64,000 nt of DNA from contig CM074521.1 of assembly GCA_037379345.1 (NCBI GenBank), forward strand, positions 16,702,704 through 16,766,703. Direction: 5' to 3'. This document shows, piece by piece, positions 55,638-64,000 of the stretch. The first letter of the stretch is position 1; every line of letters begins with the position of its first letter. A model generated the notes under the pieces. That model had not been told where the DNA came from and ran no database searches. It saw only the letters and a program-made list of their open reading frames with translations. The DNA is from Perna viridis (Eukaryota). The position numbers and the translations under genes are program-made.

Positions 55638-55694
55638 AGCTGAACATCCCAGGAGGTGCTCTGGTGTTTGCTACACCATTTACAGTAACATCAT
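55638..55694 (-). CDS. Ankyrin-repeat/SOCS-box protein, possible 57-nt exon
   Basis: tgcag|ATGATG...AGCT|gtaagt. Symmetric phase 1-1 with an open frame (D)DVTVNGVANTRAPPGMFS. The polypyrimidine tract is weak. Confidence 0.5.
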
Positions 55695-56198
55695 CTGCAT
55701 ATAATGCAAGCTTAAATCAGACATTTGTCTAATCCGCTGCACACAAGTGCAGCTTCATAGCATTAAAAAAATATTGTTGATGTTCTATCTGACCTACTCG
55801 AATTACACCAAACGAGGATGATATCGTGTGTTATTAATCATGGATATTTTTCCTACAACATTGAAAACAATGTTTTGTGAGGAGAATAGAGTTGACTCCC
55901 TTTGTTCAGTTATTTCGAAAGGTTAACGTTCTGAGTCATTTAAAAAATTCTTTGTTCAATAAAATATCACTTCTATAGACTGAACACAATGGCCGTGCCA
56001 CGATTACGCTATAATTAATCACCGAATCGATTAATAAGTCCCTAGTTACTGCAAATACACAGTGGCCTATTTTAGACCAGAAAAGGGGCGACACAGAAAC
56101 CATGTCAAATGGACTATCGGACAAGCTTCCTGACATAAATGTGAGTGGTATAATTATTTCAAACATTTATACATAGAAAAATTACATAGAAAGTTTAC

Positions 56199-56238
56199 CT
56201 GTATCTTTCCTGAAAGTCTTCCCATTTCTTCCTCCCAT
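56199..56238 (-). CDS. Ankyrin-repeat/SOCS-box protein, coding exon 1
   Basis: ATG at 56238 gives MGGRNGKTFRKDT(D), then donor CAG|GTAAAC. Phase 1, compatible with the downstream exons. Confidence 0.65.
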
Positions 56239-59184
56239 ATTGTTGTTTAGTTTTTAGGTTTCAGTTACTTCCCTTTTTCTCAGATATGAAAATACTATAT
56301 AGGTGCTTCAAATTGCGAAATCCAGCCAATATTGACAAATGTCACGGTTTGCCAGTATATATAAGATAACATTCACATATGAGATATGACCTGATAGATC
56401 TTGGTCAACCGTTTCCCACGCGACGTAAAAGCTGAACATGCAAAAAAAAGGGGGGTAGTTCCTGGGGTTGGACCACTTTTGTTTTTCGGTTTAAGAATTT
56501 TGTGCAATTTGTGTATATGGCAAAACACGGGTAAAGGGGTGGGGTGGCTGAACTGATATTCTATACTGCAATCTGAAATTAAAGGAAATGGACAATTGAC
56601 AATTTATAGGTACCAAATCTCTAAATGTCTCTAGTAATACTCTAGATATGTTGGTTTAGATATTTCATCTCGCCTTAACTACAAATATTGAAAGTGCTAC
56701 GTGAATACCAAAAAACATGTCATGTCTATATTGTATTATTGTGTAATGTCTTATTATGTTATCTGATAGATATTGATATTGAATGTAAATACTCCCGGAG
56801 GAATCATGGTTGGATTAATAAGTAATTTGATTTTTAAATTTGAATTTTATCAAATACATAAAAATGTATTCAAACCGAACCAATGTGTGAATATTCAATA
56901 CACACACATTTTTCGGTAGTTTAGAATTAAAGAAAAATATCGTCGATATGTCGGGTTAATGTTAAGAATCACCAGGGGATGGGGTACTTTATCATATATT
57001 AGCCTCCCCCAAAAAATTCCTACCATATGCATTGAAAGTGAAAATGATAATATATACTCATGTATTTATACTCGTTTATTAATCTCTCATCTTGAAGTTT
57101 TGTATCATCTTTATTTTTACTTTCAATTGTTAATAACTATTAGTTGATATTAAATTGATAACAGTGCTAAAATATATATCTTTAGTTTTACATTATTAGA
57201 ATTGAACAAAGAATACATGACCAATTTAAACAAAATATGAATTTTTCAATAGTTTCAAATGAAAATTTATTGTCACATCTCTCCACAAAGACCCTCATAT
57301 ATTGTTATCTGCAAATCAGACTGAAGTCTTCAAAGTGGCTAATCGTCAAATATTCTATGCTACTGATTTTGGCTTGCTTTCTATGCTCTAAAATCGGGTG
57401 ACTTCCACTGGAATCTTGGTTCTCTTGATATGATAACTCTTTCGTAACCGTGATGACCCGAATGTTTTCCAATCAAAACAACTGGATACCAGGAAGTGAT
57501 GGTAATGTTTTCACAAGTTTCTCTCAAATTTTTAGGGATCCTTGGTGGGTCGCTTATGATGCGTACAACACGTTTATGATATTTAAGAGGTACATTTTGA
57601 TCTCGTATGAAGCTAGAACTATACAGCTAAACACGACACCGATGTGGAGTAGTGATATACGATTGTGCAAATCATATGCGAATGTATATAACGAAATTGC
57701 GAGTACAAGAAGTCCCTAACAATATTAGCGACTTAAAAAGAGAGAATTTCGAATGAGCGCACATGATAATTGTTTTTGTCTGTCGTGTTATTATAATATA
57801 GTGGTGACATCGAAGATGACATCACTTCTTTTCGATGTGCACACGCTTTACGTCACAGAAAAATATCTATCGGACAAATTAAAAATAAAGTGCTCGTTTT
57901 CTTGATCAAAACCCAAATTTTATTATAAAAGACTTATCCCGCTTACTAAATAGCAATTCTACTGATATACTAAAACTAAAACTTAAGTGTAAGTGTTTGT
58001 AAGAATCAGGCAAAATGGGAAAATCAGAAACATGCTTCATGTATTTGAAAATATCATTATTTGATCTCTCCATCACTAGATTTGCTCAGACATTTTCCAA
58101 TAGAATGCTAAAAAATGACGTTTTTTATAAAGTTATCTGCCCTTGAAATGTTCATTACCAGTGAATTTCAATGGAATTATAACTCAATTCACCGACATGA
58201 TATGGAAAGTATTGTCCTTTTTCCTTGATTCTGATGGTGTAAACAATCAAATTAAACATTCAAAATAGTGGGTTTTTTCATACCATGTTTCACTCACTGT
58301 CTGATTCTTACAAAGACTGACACTTAAATTCCTATACGAATGTACGGTCAGATGTGCTCTATTTCTATAACATATAAATACCACTGTCGCATCATGATCT
58401 TTTATGTAGTTCGTTACTTATTCTACTGTTCTTTGATATTGTATTGTTTCATTCGTGCAATGACGGTTAACTGTAAATGTGTTAGTGCAAATAAACATTG
58501 TCTATTGTCTGATCCCAAGGGACGGACCCAGAGGTTTTGAAAAGGGGGCGGGATTGCAGAGAAGTTCCGCTCGTACAAACTATGCACTTGTGGGCCACAT
58601 CCCGAATCTACTTTTATACTGTACATGTAACTGTATTTCAATGGCTCGAAGGGTGAATCACGAATTCCTTTGACTGTGCATTCCATCATTTCGATTAGGG
58701 ATTATATATATATTTTTTAAACTTGACATATCTATATAGCGATGCAGGACTGTTACTAGATCAGTGGCCGATCCAGGGGTGGGGCGGTAGGGGCGAAACA
58801 TCGATTTGTTAATTTTGTGTACAAATGAGAAATCTCCGTTTTCTGGAGCCTCACAGTCCCACTGGAGCTCTCCATTAAATAAATCTCTTGATCCGCCCGG
58901 CAAATTGACATAGATTGATTCGTTTTTGTTTGTCAGCTGAAATCTTAAGAAATGTTTCTATTGAAAACATTATCTATACCAAACCAGAACATTATGCGTG
59001 CTTGAAGTACGCATGTAACAGATCTATCGGATCAAAACACTTTTCAGTTTATCCCTTTTATCTTGTAACTTTCTTTGAAGTTGTCTTACTTATCATTCTG
59101 CTCTAAGATTTGTGTTGTGCAATTATACACATTAGAGAATTTTAAATTATCCGAGTAAACAATCTTAATACTGAATAGAAAAAT

Positions 59185-59506
59185 AAATAGGTAATAATGA
59201 ATGTTGTCACCGTCACATTGCCGACAAATAAATGAGTAATTCTGAGTGTTGTCATCGTGACATTGCCGACAAATAAAATAATGAGTTATACTGAGTTTTG
59301 TCACCGTCACATTGCAGACAAATATATGAGTAATACTAAGTTTTGTCATCGTCACATTGCCGACAAATAAAATAATGAGTAATACTGAGTTTTGTGACTG
59401 TAGCATTGAGTAATACTGAGACTCACTGTTGCCATCGTCACATTGCCGACAAATAAATGAGTAATACTAAGTTTTGTGACCGTCATATTGAGTAATACTA
59501 AGTGTT
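59185..59506. repeat. ~45-bp tandem repeat, ~7 copies
   Basis: tgtcaccgtcacattgccgacaaataaatgagtaatactgagtt recurs at 45-49-bp spacing. Confidence 0.9.
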
Positions 59507-61249
59507 GGTATCGTTTTTGCTAGCCAAGAGTTACGGTCCTGATGCCAATTCACATTGCCGAGATACGAAACGATTAAAAGACGACTTTCACATTCGCTAT
59601 ATGGAAACTGTTTTACGGTTTTATACTGAAAGAAAGGATGTCGATCGGATTTGAATGCTGCAAGAGCAATAATAGTTAAGTGGAAATACGTCTTCAAGCA
59701 TAACAATTTTTGAAATGCTTCATATATGTTGAATTACTTAAAATTCCTTGTAGTTATCTAATCAAGTTCCTGTTCCCTGGGCCCTCATTGCAATGTCACC
59801 CGATCCTACACCTGCTGACCCCAGTTGACCTCGATTTTCCGGAACGGAAGTGAATGTGAAAGTCGTCTTGTACCGAACAAACTATTAATACTGAGTGTGC
59901 CGAAGAACAAACGATAAATATGGAGTGTTCTCCCCGTCACATTACCTAACACCAACACTGTGAATTTTTGTAACTTTACAAGTATAACTAAAGGACTATG
60001 TTAAAATAATCATCTTTGATTGTTATTGTTACATGTGCATAAGAAATCAAACTCTAATTTTGTTAATGAGATAATGGATGTTTATACTATACTGTCGGTG
60101 GAAAGTTAGTAAACCACGCTGAACAGCAAACATTTCCTTCCACCCAAATTAATAGACATTTTTTCGTTGTTGCTTCACTTTAGGCATGTTTAAGTCTCAG
60201 TTTACATATATATTATGCACCTTAGATTTGCTTGTACATTCTTTTTGATCGCAGTGGTGGATAAAATGGTGTTTGGGGGGGGGGGGAGGGGATCCACCAC
60301 ATTTGCTAATTTCGCGCAAAAGTGTGACGATAAGTGAGTAAAACATAACATGGAACCTCCTTTTTTCTCGGACCCAGCTGGAACCAAAACCCAACCTTTT
60401 CAATATTTTGGATCCGTCATACGGTCATGTAAGTTTTCTCTTCCACAACAGTGATAGATGCTACAGTGTACATGTAAGTAATCCTACTATGTATAATGGC
60501 CTATTTATTCCAAAATAAACTTTAAAATGACTTACTCGAGACAAACTTTTACGTTTACAAATCCGTGTTTGTAAGCATATCTTAATGTAAACTTGCCATT
60601 TAAACTCGAAATGTATTTATTCTTCTTTCAGTTTGATATTTCATACACGTACATGTATACATGGTTGCATACAAACAAATAGAAGCCAATGAATGCATTT
60701 ATTAATATTACAAACCAGTATTTAACTGAAGTATATGCCACTTGTATACATACATAAATTTGTATAATGAACCTTGAAGTCCCTCAATGGAAATGTAAAA
60801 TGAAATTCATATTTTGATATTTCTGTAGTTCAAACGTTTTAATTGCCAAGGGGCCACAAAGAGGGTCTTGCTAGGAGACGGTTAATTATCTCAAGCTATT
60901 TACCGACACACTTGTGTAGTATAAAATGAAATATTTGTATTTCGGTGACGGAATTCAATCCTAAATTAAAGGTAAAATTTTGAATAAGCCTAAACTTGTA
61001 CTAAGACGATCTTATTTTAGAATTCAATTAATCTCACCTACCCCCCAATCCATTTCGATACATCATTTACAGACCAAATCGTATCGATCGAATTTTACAA
61101 AATATTTATTAAGACACGTTGCTTGGATATTTTTCGCCGTTGGTTTACGAATCAACCCTGTTTATTTATATCTTGATGATGGAATAGACCATATCACATC
61201 AAACTTTAATGAATTGATTATTACATTTTTATTTCCGATCAATGGGATA

Positions 61250-61300
61250 TGTCTTCCTGCCGGAATTTTAACAGCAGACGATAGCAAAATGGCGGTAAGT
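61250..61300 (+). promoter_or_regulatory. Possible promoter and 2-codon first exon of a third gene
   Basis: ETS-like cores (CTTCCTG, CCGGAA), then CAAAATGGCG (YY1/Kozak-like) directly followed by a perfect donor GTAAGT at 61295-61300. No downstream exon identified in the window. Confidence 0.4.
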
Positions 61301-61580
61301 CAAAAATGGGTGAACTTATTGTGGGTTTGGATCAGATTTTGGTTTGTTTGTTGTTAAATATTGACTACAAATGATAATCAGAGAGATGAAATCAGTTAAA
61401 TCAATATTGTAGAAAATACAAATATATGTTGCATCTGGAGAGTTACATTAATTTCATGGTTAAACGTTACCGGAACTTTCTTGTGCTTTCCAAACTAAGG
61501 GCTAGCACTTTCCGTATGTAAAACTTGTAAAGCTAACAAAATTGTACCTATTATCGCAATGATACTTTGAGCTACAAATG

Positions 61581-61762
61581 CAGGGCCGGATCCAGACACT
61601 TTGAAAGGGGGAGGGGGTGCCAGCCGAGGTTCCTTGGAAAAAGTAGGGGTGCTAGGACTTTTTTTTTGCCATTTTTTGTCAGTTTTACACAATGGCATGA
61701 AAATGACACATTTTCCAATGAAAAGGGGGTGCCAAACCCCTGCACCGCCTCTGGATCCGCCC
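61581..61762. mobile_element. GGATCC-type MITE
   Basis: TIRs CAGGGCCGGATCCAGA / TCTGGATCCGCCCT with G- and C-runs inside. Related decayed copies near 11718-11870, 24703-24866, 47262-47423 and 58762-58898. Confidence 0.75.
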
Positions 61763-62157
61763 TAGAATGTATAAACATGTACGTCAAGACGAGTGATAGA
61801 TGACAGTCCAATACTATAAACTGTGTTTCATTGAAAATTTTCTCCTGGTGATCAAGATAGCGTGCTCATCCTTCTTAGGTATGAAACAGTAAAAGCCTTA
61901 GGGGTTGAAGATTTTATACTAGGCGCACATATGCTAAACATGAGTAATGACTTTTATTAAACTATTGATGAAACTACGAGTATATATTTCTATTTTATTG
62001 GAATGGATGGATGTTTTGCTCCATAATCCAAATAGGCTTTACAGTATTTATATTCCTGACCAGTTATTTGGGTATATCTGTAGATAGCGAAGATTTTTCA
62101 AAGTTACTAGATGATCGTATGGATTCTTCTCGGATAGTAACCCCCACCCCCACTTAA

Positions 62158-62369
62158 GGTAGTAGACCTAGAATAAGGAATACAACTCTTACAAGTCATT
62201 GGAACGTTTATATTCACTATTTTACATCAACCTCATGTAAGCGTCAACGTAACTTGGGCTGATTTCATTCTGTTTCAAAGGAAAGCTTGAAATGCTCTGG
62301 TGAAATTTAATATGATACAAACATATCACTGATTTTAAAAGTTATGTCCCTTACCCTAGGTCTACCTCC
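62158..62369. mobile_element. MITE with ~33-bp imperfect TIRs and TTAA target duplication (Kolobok-type)
   Basis: TTAA|GGTAGTAGACCTAGAATAAGG ... CCTTACCCTAGGTCTACCTCC|TTAA. Purine-purine termini with TTAA fit Kolobok rather than piggyBac, which has CC termini. Confidence 0.8.
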
Positions 62370-63151
62370 TTAAAGTGAATAAAAATAAGATTTTAGCTTG
62401 CTCATAATGTGGCTATATATAGTTTGCATAATAAAAATAATATATTACAGTCTTGAGTAGGAAATAATTTTGAACCACACCTATCTAAAGAAGAAGTTCT
62501 ACCAAACCATAATAACTATTACGGCAATGCTCACTAAATTCATACAAACGCTTAAGCCTGTGTCGTGCTATGTGAAACATGAACAACAAAACATTCAGAT
62601 CACAATCTCTAATAGGAAGTGATCATGTTCTATATTGAATACATTTTGTGAATCCTTACAGAGATGTTGGAAAAATTGCAGATATTGATACCCTATATTC
62701 ATAAATGACAAAGTCTATGATTTTCTCCATGGAACGTCAAAATTTATTTTGCATAGAATGCGCGCACTCTGAATATGAAAATTCATACTATGGTGTAGGA
62801 TGGGTTGCTAATAAGAATTAATTGGGTACCCTATTATAATATTTATAAAGGACAAAGTCCATTTTTACCATGTGAAATCTCATACTAATTTGGAGTTGCA
62901 CATCTTACAAGTAATAGATTTTCTGGGGAAGCTTCTTTATCCATTCAAGAAAGGTACACCATTCTGTGTAACGAAGGTATGGACGGAAGCAAGGAACCCT
63001 TGATGATTTGCAAGCGAGGTTACAGTAAAGACTCGACTGAATGAAAATCGTTATCTTCCATGAAGGAAAACTCAATTCAAAATATTCAAAATGGTGGGAA
63101 ACATGTCGTGGAAATGGTCTTCGCCCAGTTGTTAAAAACCTTTGGCATATC

Positions 63152-63380
63152 TTAGTACCAGTTCATATAAAATTTAGGCACTGTACATATTAAAGTGATT
63201 TACAGTGAAGAAAAACCCACCGAACAAACAATGCTTTTTCAGTCTAAATATGCGCTATTTTGTGTTATTGTTGTCCTTTCCATATTCAGATCTGTACTTT
63301 TGAGAAAATCATACATTTATGTCCCAAAATCAAGAACGACAACTCTTGTAAAGTGCTAATTCCATGTACAATCTATATGA
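63152..63380 (-). mobile_element. Dispersed ~240-bp repeat, copy 3 (inverted)
   Basis: gtaccagttcatataaaattt and aactcttgtaaagtgctaatt are reverse complements of blocks in copies 1 and 2. Confidence 0.75.
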
Positions 63381-64000
63381 ATTTTATCTCAAAAGCGCAA
63401 AACCCAAATGAAAAAATATGACTGGTTATGTGGTCTGTCACTGATTCTGAATATGAAATAAAAGTAAAATTGGTGGATTTTTAACATGTATGAATCACCT
63501 CCCTTCTGATATTTATAAAGACTACTACTTAATAATTGAGAAAAAGTAATAAATCTTTTCTCACTTCTCTTGTGGGTGTAGGGTGTAGTGTGATTGATGT
63601 TAAATCTTAAGTACCATTCTGTGTAAGAATCAGGCAATGCGTGTCCCATCGTTTTTCTCAATTTGGTCTTTTTTCGCAAATATATACCTGGAAAACAACC
63701 TAAAATATATTTAAATTTACCCTGAAGCATCTGTGACATGAATAGTTTTTGATTGCTTATATAGGAAAAGGTGTGGAAAATTATTCCCATTTTTCCATTT
63801 TAACTGAACATGACTTAACAATATCTGCAAAAAGCATTACAAACACTTAAAACTTGATGGTTTTTCTGGAGCTCATGAGGTTGTAAATACTTGGATATTG
63901 CAATAAAGTCTCTGGGTTTTTACTTCTTCCCTTCTTCATATACTACACCATATACATATTTTGCCTGATTCTTAAACAAAGAAGTTCTTCAATATTTTAT

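Overview
AT-rich, intron-containing animal DNA. The repeat repertoire points to a bivalve mollusc, probably oyster-like (inference). Two spliced genes can be rebuilt by hand with consistent splice phases. (1) BAMBI, the BMP and activin membrane-bound inhibitor: + strand, 3 coding exons (166-223, 16224-16535, 20910-21352), 270 aa, with a 16-kb first intron. (2) A divergent ankyrin-repeat/SOCS-box (ASB-like) protein: - strand, exons 56238-56199, optional 55694-55638, 55453-55331, 52641-51913 and 50543-49531, giving 634 or 653 aa. A possible first micro-exon of a third gene (ATG GCG|GTAAGT) sits at 61289. The ~27 kb between the convergent genes, and the introns, hold decayed mobile DNA: Penelope-like (Naiad-type) RT fragments, a SINE-like element with a structured non-tRNA head, Helentron/HINE-like elements, TTAA-flanked and GGATCC-type MITEs, and several tandem arrays (89, 167, 43, 44 and ~45 bp units). 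Almost all short ORFs in the track are spurious. No complete new multi-gene system is evident. The best leads are two candidate structured RNAs in retroelements, a satellite apparently born from a folded-back tRNA-derived head, and a telomere-motif minisatellite inside the ASB-like gene.
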